The notes under the pieces were generated by a model, which was not told the DNA's origin, made no database searches, and saw only the letters and a list, made by a program, of their open reading frames with translations. Both the position numbers and the translations under genes were made by a program. A DNA stretch of 64,000 nt from Candidatus Buchananbacteria bacterium (GTDB lineage Bacteria; Patescibacteriota; Patescibacteriia; 2-01-FULL-39-33), in the NCBI GenBank assembly GCA_041666945.1, contig JBAYFY010000002.1, positions 64,701-128,700 of the forward strand, in the 5' to 3' direction. Positions 38,515-46,081 of this stretch are shown here, in pieces (the first letter of the stretch is position 1; every line of letters starts with the position of its first letter).

Positions 38515-39237
38515 ATGACAGAGAAATTAATAGAAGTTAAGGATTTAAAAAAGGATTATGTCAATGACGAAGTGGTAACGTCCGTATTACACGGCGTCAG
38601 TTTTGATATTCATGAAGGCGAATTCGTGGCGATTATGGGGCCGTCCGGTTCGGGCAAATCCACCCTGATGCATATTTTGGGATTTTTGGACAACCTGACT
38701 TACGGCCAATTCTTTTTTAAGGGGCGTGACGTCAGCAATTTGGACGAAGACGAGTTGGCGCGCATCAGAAATGAAGAAGTCGGCTTTGTTTTTCAGGCCT
38801 TTCATTTATTGCCTAAGACCTCCGTTTACAACAACGTCAAGCTGCCGTTATTGTATGATAAAGCCAAAGATGACGATATTAAAGTCAGAAGCGCGATTAA
38901 AGCGGTCGGATTGGAACACCGGATTAATAATTTTTCCAACCAGCTTTCGGGCGGCGAAAAACAAAGAGTAGCCATTGCCCGCGCGCTGGTCAATAAGCCC
39001 TCAATTATTTTTGCCGATGAGCCGACCGGCAATTTGGACAGCAAATCGGGCAATGCCATTATGGAAATTCTGGAGGGCTTGAATGATATGGGCCACACCA
39101 TTATCCTGGTGACCCACGAAACCGATACGGCCAAACACGCCAAACGCATTATTAAAATAGTTGACGGCTTAATCGCCGAGGATTATGAAGTTAATGACCG
39201 CCGCCGCGCCAAAGACGGCAATCAATTGATGAAATAA
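38515..39237 (+). CDS. ABC transporter ATP-binding protein (MacB/LolD-like)
   Basis: [23 protein letters not shown] and DEPTGNLD. Confidence 0.95.
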   Translation: MTEKLIEVKDLKKDYVNDEVVTSVLHGVSFDIHEGEFVAIMGPSGSGKSTLMHILGFLDNLTYGQFFFKGRDVSNLDEDELARIRNEEVGFVFQAFHLLPKTSVYNNVKLPLLYDKAKDDDIKVRSAIKAVGLEHRINNFSNQLSGGEKQRVAIARALVNKPSIIFADEPTGNLDSKSGNAIMEILEGLNDMGHTIILVTHETDTAKHAKRIIKIVDGLIAEDYEVNDRRRAKDGNQLMK

Positions 39238-40473
39238 ATGCGATTAATTGAAACCGTAAAATTATCTTTTTCCGTTTTGCGCACCAACCGGACGCGCAGT
39301 TTTTTGACTTCGCTCGGGATTATCATCGGCATTGCCGCCGTCATCGTGATTATCTCCGCCGGCGCCGGCGCGCAATCATTGATTGTCAATCAATTCAACG
39401 CTATCGGTACTAACTTAATCGGCATTCTGCCCGGCTCAAGCGATGAAGACGGTCCGCCCGCCTCCGCTTTCGGCATTATTCTGCAAACGCTCAAATACGA
39501 GGACGCCCAGGCCATCGCCCAAAGCGTGCCCCACGTTACCGCCGTTTCTTCTTATAACACCGGCATGGCCACCGCCTCATATCAAAGCGCCAAAACGGAC
39601 GCAACTTATTACGGCGTCATGCCTGAATATTTAGACGTGGAAGACACGGGCGTGGACAAGGGGAGGTTTTTTGACAACGATGAAGACAGGGGCAGCGTTA
39701 AAGTCGCCGTGCTGGGCTGGCAAGTGGCGAGGGATTTGTTTGAGGGGCAGGAACCCGTGGGCAAGAAGGTTAAAATCGGCAAGGAATTTTTTGAAGTTAT
39801 CGGCGTGATGCGCCAGCGCGGCGTTTCCGGCTTTCAGAATAATGATGAAATCATTTTGATTCCGGCGCAAACCGCGCAAAAAATAATGCTGGGCGTGCGC
39901 CATGTCGGCTTTATCCGCGCCAAGGTTGATAAAAAGGAAAACTTGCCGCAGGCGGTGGACGATATCCGCTTGCTGTTGCGCGACCGCCATAATCTGCTGG
40001 AATCAAAAGTTGATGATTTTAATATTCGCAATACGGCCGACGCCATTAAGACCTTGACTTCCATCACTGATGTGTTGAAATTTTTCCTGGCCGCCATCGC
40101 CGGCATTTCCCTGTTAGTCGGCGGCGTAGGCGTTATGAATATCATGCTGGCCTCGGTCAATGAGCGCGTCCGCGAAATCGGCCTGCGCAAAGCCGTCGGC
40201 GCCAAGCCCAATGACATTATGGTGCAGTTTTTGGCCGAGTCGATCACCGTCACTTTGACCGGCGGCGTCGTAGGCATTATCATTGGCTCGTTGATTTCGG
40301 CGTTAGTTGCCATAGTCGCCAGATATTTGGGCTATGATTGGGATTTGGTGGTTTCGCCGCTATCCATATTTATGGGTTTTGGCGTGGCCTTTGTCGTCGG
40401 TTTGATTTTTGGCATTTATCCGGCTCGCCGGGCGGCCAAACTTAACTCCATTGAGGCGTTAAGGTGGGAATAA
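39238..40473 (+). CDS. MacB/FtsX-family ABC permease
   Basis: RSFLTSLGIIIG, GVMNIML.SV.ER.REIGLRKAVGA and PARRAA. Confidence 0.93.
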   Translation: MRLIETVKLSFSVLRTNRTRSFLTSLGIIIGIAAVIVIISAGAGAQSLIVNQFNAIGTNLIGILPGSSDEDGPPASAFGIILQTLKYEDAQAIAQSVPHVTAVSSYNTGMATASYQSAKTDATYYGVMPEYLDVEDTGVDKGRFFDNDEDRGSVKVAVLGWQVARDLFEGQEPVGKKVKIGKEFFEVIGVMRQRGVSGFQNNDEIILIPAQTAQKIMLGVRHVGFIRAKVDKKENLPQAVDDIRLLLRDRHNLLESKVDDFNIRNTADAIKTLTSITDVLKFFLAAIAGISLLVGGVGVMNIMLASVNERVREIGLRKAVGAKPNDIMVQFLAESITVTLTGGVVGIIIGSLISALVAIVARYLGYDWDLVVSPLSIFMGFGVAFVVGLIFGIYPARRAAKLNSIEALRWE

Positions 40474-40584
40474 TAAGTTAAGTTGTTAATCGTCTTTTTA
40501 GCTGGTAAATCGCTTATTTCAGGCGATTTTTTTAATTTTATTTTATCTAATTTTAGCTATAATAAGCTATATCAAGCTATATTA

Positions 40585-40627
40585 TGTGGATAAAACACTT
40601 GACAAAATATTTAAGGTGTGATATAAT
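40585..40627 (+). promoter_or_regulatory. DnaA-box-like TGTGGATAA plus perfect TTGACA-17-TATAAT promoter
   Basis: TTGACA at 40599 and TATAAT at 40622. Confidence 0.75.
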
Positions 40628-40632
40628 AGCTT

Positions 40633-41230
40633 ATTCAAGATAGCGGTTGTGGATAAGTCGATATATAGACAATAATCATTATCTTGCCAGCAGTTTAAAA
40701 ACTGTTTTAAAAGAGTTCTTCGGGGCTCTTTGTCAGGGCGGCATATGGCTTATGTCATAGATCGCCCTTGACAAAGGTTCCCGAGATAGGGGAGTATTGG
40801 AAAACGGAACATTAAATTAAATAATTTGTTCGCGGCAGCTTGTCGCCGCATTGATATGATTAAGGCGTATGCTTGTCCGCCTAAATCTGTTCCAAAGCCA
40901 AAAGCCGAGGAGCATAGGAGGAGATTAAGCTGAAGAGGGGGCCTGGCTTGAAATTATATATTCGCCAACCGCCTTAATTCACTTCTTCAAGTCTTGATTG
41001 TATCAATGCGGTGATTACTTTGGCCGTCAAAGCAGGCGGGCAAACTTGTCTACTGAAAGGTGGGCACGCCGCAAGCACTTTCTGAAAGAAGAACTTTCCC
41101 GCCGTCGGGCTATTATCCCGCCGGATCGGTAGATCTCCTTTCTCCCGGGGAGGCGTTGTAGCAATACGCGCCTCCCCCACACGCCTCAGACAGTATGGTT
41201 CGAGAGTGTATAATCAAATCCTCACAAAGG
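40633..41230 (+). ncRNA. Candidate large structured RNA / long leader (unidentified)
   Basis: No credible ORF. Hairpins with UUCG, GAAA and GCAA loops, and an 11-bp long-range stem (40846-40856 with 41001-41011). Confidence 0.45.
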
Positions 41231-41324
41231 AAACTTGGTTTTACGCTCACGGCCGAAATACTGTTTGAGGCGTGTGTTGCAAAATAGCAATTTCATTTAC
41301 GAGCCATCTCGTAAAGGAGGGCCT

Positions 41325-41525
41325 ATGATAGCTCAATGCTGCGTTTGTCATAAGGTGCGTTTGTCTGGTAATGTTTGGGTGGGTCAATTTATACCCCCGG
41401 GAGAACAGGTCTCCCATGGCTATTGCCCGGAATGCGCCGCACAAGCGCGTGAAGGCATGCAGCGGGAATTGGCCGTTGATCGGCAAAGACGGGAGCCCGC
41501 CAATGGCAATGGCGAGAAAAAATAA
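41325..41525 (+). CDS. Small Zn-binding-type protein (CxxC...SHGxCPEC)
   Basis: AAGGAGG SD; MIAQCCVCHK...SHGYCPEC. Confidence 0.7.
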   Translation: MIAQCCVCHKVRLSGNVWVGQFIPPGEQVSHGYCPECAAQAREGMQRELAVDRQRREPANGNGEKK

Positions 41526-41691
41526 ATGCCCGGCTTGTATTAAAATCGAAATAACGCCGGGTCAGTGGAAACACGCCGTTTTGCTTGCCGGCGAAGAAAC
41601 AGTGCCGCAATACTGCCCGCATTGCAAGGCAGTAATTGAGGGATATGCTCGAATGGTTACGATCAATTACGGTCGCGACCGAAAAAAATAA
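41503..41691 (+). CDS. Small CxxC...CPHC protein
   Basis: GGGAG SD; CPAC...YCPHC; overlaps the previous ORF. Confidence 0.55.
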   Translation: MAMARKNKCPACIKIEITPGQWKHAVLLAGEETVPQYCPHCKAVIEGYARMVTINYGRDRKK

Positions 41692-41705
41692 AGTAAGAAC
41701 ATTGT

Positions 41706-41741
41706 GAGGAGGAGGCCGAGCGCTTCCTCCTTTCGCTTTTT
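41706..41741 (+). terminator. Intrinsic terminator
   Basis: GGAGGAGG...CTTCCTCC hairpin followed by a T-rich tail. Confidence 0.55.
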
Positions 41742-41750
41742 AAAGATTAT

Positions 41751-41822
41751 GGATCCCCGGACAAATCCTCCCGCTTACGCTTACGGATTTTCCAGGCCTA
41801 TCTGCCGGCAGGCAGGGATGAC
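41751..41822 (+). repeat. Palindromic element right end with nested 20-bp palindrome
   Basis: Near-identical to 10403-10474. Confidence 0.85.
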
Positions 41823-42242
41823 GATAAAGGATATTGGTTAATAATTATTTATCCACAGCCCGACTCTTGACAATTATATTGTTTTTACGAAAATTTGTTA
41901 TATAATTTTATATTAAGGGAGGACATTAAGCGCCAAGCATTTTCAATCGCACTTTCCTAAAATTTTTTTTAGGATCACACTTAAGTGTGATTTCGAGAAT
42001 TCTTATCGCGTCTTCTCCGAGTCCCGCCCCCGTGGCGGGACTTTTAATTGGCTAATGAGCGAGCGAACCAGCGCTTCAAAGCGCTGGATTCCGAGCGAGC
42101 GACGCCAATATAGTCAAATACTGCTCGGCTTGCCGAGCTATTTAGTACGCAAGTTTCATTATCACCCTTATCACCATAGGGCTTGCCCCGAGGACTATAT
42201 TGGTTGATTTTTTTGATTAATGCTATAATTTAATTAAGCACT

Positions 42243-42620
42243 ATGTCGCTTAAGCAATTAATCATTACCATAATCATCGCCACCTTGTTGTGTTGGGCCA
42301 GCTGGCTGCTGGTTATTTTTGAGGTGGATCCGACGACCGCCGGCTTTTACGGCCTGCTGATTTTTTATTCCAGCATGTTTTTGTCTTTGCTGGGCTTGTT
42401 TTTTTTGATCAGTTTCGGTTTTCGCAAAATGTTTAATCGGTTGGAAATGGAATACAAGCTGGTGGGCATGTCTTTTCGCCAATCGTTTTTTTTCTCGTTG
42501 GCGATAGTGGGATTTTTCTTTTTGCAGAGCAAGGATTTATTGACTTGGTGGAATAGTATTCTGCTGGTCTTGGCCTTGGTGATTTTAGAATTTTTCTTTT
42601 TGAGTTATCGGAGAAAATAG
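42243..42620 (+). CDS. Four-TM membrane protein
   Basis: 125 aa with four hydrophobic segments; SFRQ motif. Confidence 0.8.
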   Translation: MSLKQLIITIIIATLLCWASWLLVIFEVDPTTAGFYGLLIFYSSMFLSLLGLFFLISFGFRKMFNRLEMEYKLVGMSFRQSFFFSLAIVGFFFLQSKDLLTWWNSILLVLALVILEFFFLSYRRK

Positions 42621-42700
42621 AGCAATAGAAGCCGTCCCGTTGCCGGGACGTCTTTTTTGTTATTATTTTCTCTTTTCTTTTTTCTACGTCACCCCCTCCT

Positions 42701-42846
42701 GTCATTCCCGCACCCCCTTCGTCATTCCCGCACCCTCTTTGTCATTCCCGCGTAGGCGGGAATCCAAGTTATAATTTTTTTGTCATTCCCGCACCCTTTT
42801 GTCATTCCCGCACCCTCTTTGTCATTCCCGCGAAGGCGGGAATCCA
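42701..42846 (+). repeat. Two GTCATTCCCGC..GCGGGAATCCA elements, each preceded by ~20-bp tandem partial copies
   Basis: GTCATT at 42701, 42721, 42741, 42782, 42801 and 42821. Confidence 0.92.
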
Positions 42847-42888
42847 GGTTTAGAAATTTAGATTTCATTTCTGGTACCTTTCTCTATT

Positions 42889-42980
42889 GTCATTTCGACC
42901 GAAGCCGACGTAAACGTCGGCGCAGTGGAGAAATCGCTTGAATTAAATTAAAGGGATTCCTCCGCTACGGTCGGAATGAC
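42889..42980 (+). mobile_element. Empty (non-autonomous) version of the GIY-YIG-bracketing element
   Basis: GTCATTTCGACCGAAG...AGTGGAGAAATC, a 17-nt spacer, then GGGATTCCTCCGCTACGGTCGGAATGAC; both ends match those at 45199 and 45554. Confidence 0.75.
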
Positions 42981-43029
42981 AAAAGGTAATTTGACTAAAC
43001 TAAAGCAAAACAGTTATAATATGAGCAAT

Positions 43030-44109
43030 ATGAAAGAAAAACTTAGCCAATTAAAGGCGCAATTCACCGAGGAATCGGCAAAGGTCAAATCAGCCAAGGA
43101 GCTGGATGATTTGGAGAACAGATTTTTGAGTCGCAAGAGCGGACTGCTGACCGGTATCATGAAGGGGATCAAGGACGTGGCCAAGGAAGAGGTGGCCGAA
43201 GTCGGCGCTTTGGCTAATGAAACCAAAGAATATATTGTTGAGGGGCTGGAAACGCTTAAGGGCAACTTGGGCGGCGCCGGCTCTTTTAATTTTGATTTTA
43301 CCGTGCCTGGCCGCAAGCCGGCGGTCGGCCATTTGCATTTGGCCACCATTGCCATTCGCGAGATTGAAAGCATCTTACAGCCGCTGGGGTTTGTCCGAGC
43401 GCGCCATCCGGACGTGGAATGGGATTATTACGCCTTTGAGACCTTGAATATGCCCGGCGATCATCCGGCGCGCGATGATTGGGAGACATTTTTCATTGAC
43501 GAAGCGCCGATTAAGATGAACTTGCCGGAAAATTCTTTAAAACTCGTCAAAGAGGGGAGACGCTTGCTCACGCCGCACACTTCCAGCATTCAGGTGCGCG
43601 AAATGGAGAAGGGTGTCCTGCCTATTCGCATGATGAATATTTCCAAATGCTATCGCCGGCAAATTGACGTGTCGCATGTGCCGATGTTCCATCAGTTTGA
43701 GGGCTTGGTGGTGGACGAGGGGATTAATATCACTCACTTAAAAGGCACGATTGATTATTTCGTCAAGAAATTTTTCGGCGAGGATCGCACGATTCGTTTG
43801 CGCCCGCATCATTTCCAATTCACGGAGCCGAGTTTTGAAGTGGATATTTCCTGCGGTTTGTGCCATGGCACGGGCAAGTTGGAAGACGGCAGTTCTTGTC
43901 GTATGTGCAAAGAGGGCTGGCTGGAACTCGCTGGCGCCGGCATGGTGCACCCCAATGTCCTTAAGGCCGGCGGCATTGATCCCAATAAGTATTCTGGTTT
44001 CGCTTTCGGCTGGGGCGTGGAGCGTTGCTACAGCATGAAGTCGGGTTTAAATATTGATGATTTGCGGTTGATGTATAAGAATGATTTGAGGTTTAATGAG
44101 CAGTTTTAA
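43030..44109 (+). CDS. pheS: Phenylalanyl-tRNA synthetase alpha subunit
   Basis: HPARD, HTS, FHQFEGL, FQFTEPSFE, GAGMVHP and GFAFGWGVER. Confidence 0.96.
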   Translation: MKEKLSQLKAQFTEESAKVKSAKELDDLENRFLSRKSGLLTGIMKGIKDVAKEEVAEVGALANETKEYIVEGLETLKGNLGGAGSFNFDFTVPGRKPAVGHLHLATIAIREIESILQPLGFVRARHPDVEWDYYAFETLNMPGDHPARDDWETFFIDEAPIKMNLPENSLKLVKEGRRLLTPHTSSIQVREMEKGVLPIRMMNISKCYRRQIDVSHVPMFHQFEGLVVDEGINITHLKGTIDYFVKKFFGEDRTIRLRPHHFQFTEPSFEVDISCGLCHGTGKLEDGSSCRMCKEGWLELAGAGMVHPNVLKAGGIDPNKYSGFAFGWGVERCYSMKSGLNIDDLRLMYKNDLRFNEQF

Positions 44110-44202
44110 TATTAGCTTGTAGATTTTATAATTTTGCATTAATCACCCATAAAAGGTTTTGCAGATAAAAAGTAGTATAAGATTTATTAATAGTCACATT
44201 AG

Positions 44203-45150
44203 ATGAGATATATGTCTATTCCAAATTTTGAACAAATAATGAGTCCAATGATTAAGGATATCATTGATGGCGAAAATCATTCAATGAATGATATCGTCGA
44301 TCATTTATCGGAATTTTTTAATTTAACTGAAGATGAAAAAAATGTTAGATATCCCACTAGTGGAGCAAAAATTTTTCAAAATAGAGTTAGATTTGCTCGC
44401 TTATATTTAATGAAGGCTGGTTTAATCGAATCACCAATCCGTGGTTTTATAAAACTAACATCAGATGGGTTAATGCTTTTTAAAAAAGAAACCCCAAACA
44501 TTAATTTAGATTATCTTGAAAAATTACCGAAATTTCAAGAATTTCAAAAAATGCAAAAAGAAACACAAAGAAATAAAAAAGATAGTTCTAATAATGAAAG
44601 AATTGTTTTGCATGCAGAAAATAATCTGGAACAAATTCCCGAAGAACAATTAGAAAATGCATTCCAGATAATTAATGATAATTTATCCGTTGAAATATTA
44701 GATACTTTAAAAAAGTGTCAACCATTATTTTTTGAAAAAATAGTAGTTGATCTTGTATTAAAAATGGGCTACGGTGGTTCGTTTAAGGATGCTGGTGAAG
44801 CCATAGGTAAAAGTGGTGATGGTGGAATTGATGGGATAATTAAGGAAGATAGACTTGGTTTAGATTTAATTTATTTACAAGCTAAAAGGTGGGAAAATGT
44901 AGTCCCAGTAAAAGAGATAAGAGATTTTGCTGGATCCTTAATGTCTAAAAAGGCTAAGAAGGGAATTTTTATTACTACATCAAGTTATCCCACGTCAGCT
45001 TTCGAATTTGTAAAATCAGTTGACCATAGAATAATACTAATCGATGGTCAACAATTAGCGAAATTATTAATTGATTTTAATGTTGGAGTTACAACGGAAT
45101 CAGTTTATGAAATTAAAAAAATTGATGGCGATTATTTTATAGAAGAATAA
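44203..45150 (+). CDS. mrr: Mrr-family type IV restriction endonuclease
   Basis: N-terminal wHTH (IPNFEQIM..F.NRV.FA..YL.KAGL); SGDGGIDG, QAKRW, KGIFITTS and LIDG; AT-rich. Confidence 0.92.
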   Translation: MRYMSIPNFEQIMSPMIKDIIDGENHSMNDIVDHLSEFFNLTEDEKNVRYPTSGAKIFQNRVRFARLYLMKAGLIESPIRGFIKLTSDGLMLFKKETPNINLDYLEKLPKFQEFQKMQKETQRNKKDSSNNERIVLHAENNLEQIPEEQLENAFQIINDNLSVEILDTLKKCQPLFFEKIVVDLVLKMGYGGSFKDAGEAIGKSGDGGIDGIIKEDRLGLDLIYLQAKRWENVVPVKEIRDFAGSLMSKKAKKGIFITTSSYPTSAFEFVKSVDHRIILIDGQQLAKLLIDFNVGVTTESVYEIKKIDGDYFIEE

Positions 45151-45152
45151 TT

Positions 45153-45191
45153 TATAAACTTAAATATCTCGTACAACTGGCTAAAGTCGTA
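45153..45191 (+). repeat. Decayed direct repeat of the pheT 5' end
   Basis: 35/39 identical to 46081-46119; ATG changed to ATA. Confidence 0.88.
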
Positions 45192-45198
45192 GCCCGTT

Positions 45199-45654
45199 GT
45201 CATTCCGACCGAAGCGTAGCGTAGTGGAGGAATCCCTTTAAAAGCACTTTATGGTTAAATATTACTACTTGTATATTATGGCTTCAGAATCCGGAACTTT
45301 ATATGTCGGGATTACAAATAATCTTGGTCGGCGAGTATGGGAACATAAAAATGAAATTATTGAGGGCTTTACTAAAAAATACGGCTGTAAGAGATTGGTT
45401 TATTATGAATACGGACAAGATGTTAATGGCGCTATCTGTAGAGAAAAACAAATTAAAAATTGGAATAGAAAAAAGAAAGAATTTTTGATAAAAACAATTA
45501 ACCCAAAATGGATTGATTTAAGCAAAGAAATGTTCGGTTTTAAAGAATTTTGAGGGATCCCTCCACTCGGCCTTGAGGCCTCGGTCGGGATGACAAGAAA
45601 AAGAAAGGCCTCGGTCGGGATGACAAGAAAAAGAAAGGCCTCGGTCGGGATGAC
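45199..45654 (+). mobile_element. GIY-YIG nuclease gene bracketed by inverted palindromic ends; right end reiterated 3x at 30-bp period
   Basis: Left end 45199-45236, right end 45554-45594; GGGATGAC ends at 45594, 45624 and 45654. Confidence 0.75.
45251..45553 (+). CDS. Small GIY-YIG nuclease
   Basis: YYLYIM..LYVGITNNL.RR..EH, FTKKY, LVYYE, AI.REKQIK.W.R.KK and NP.W.DL. Confidence 0.93.
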   Translation: MVKYYYLYIMASESGTLYVGITNNLGRRVWEHKNEIIEGFTKKYGCKRLVYYEYGQDVNGAICREKQIKNWNRKKKEFLIKTINPKWIDLSKEMFGFKEF

Positions 45655-45677
45655 AAGAAAACAATTTGATTAAAAAT

Positions 45678-46079
45678 ATGAAAGGTACGGCAGAACAATT
45701 CAAAAAAGATAATATAAAAAAGTATCATAAAGGTGCAATTCTTAAACTAAGAGATATAGCAAGAAAAACAAAGTTGGTTTTTGAGTTTGTTGAGGATCGT
45801 TTCTATTATACTCAAAGCAATTTATCAGAAAAAGTATTCTTTATTGATAAGTTAAAGAAATTAGATGTTGATAAAAGCAAGTTAGCTTATCCCAATGGGT
45901 GGGAAGTCGGAGAAATTGAGTACAGATTTGGTTATTATATTATAAGTCAATATGGGAGAAGAAAAGGACATTGGACTTTTGCCCAATTTTGCCCAATATT
46001 TCCCCTTAATGATCTAAAAAATATTTTACAGAAAATGAAAAATAAAGGCATTATAGGAAAAAATTTTAAAATATTATAA
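45678..46079 (+). CDS. Hypothetical protein
   Basis: AT-rich ~133-aa ORF ending 2 nt before the pheT start. Confidence 0.65.
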   Translation: MKGTAEQFKKDNIKKYHKGAILKLRDIARKTKLVFEFVEDRFYYTQSNLSEKVFFIDKLKKLDVDKSKLAYPNGWEVGEIEYRFGYYIISQYGRRKGHWTFAQFCPIFPLNDLKNILQKMKNKGIIGKNFKIL

Positions 46080-46081
46080 AT

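Noticed and set aside
40633-41230. RNase P RNA, tmRNA, SRP RNA or tRNA
   Set aside because: I could not find GAGGAAAGTCC, tRNA-like ends/CCA, or the SRP GGAA loop motif on either strand by eye. An Rfam scan is still needed.
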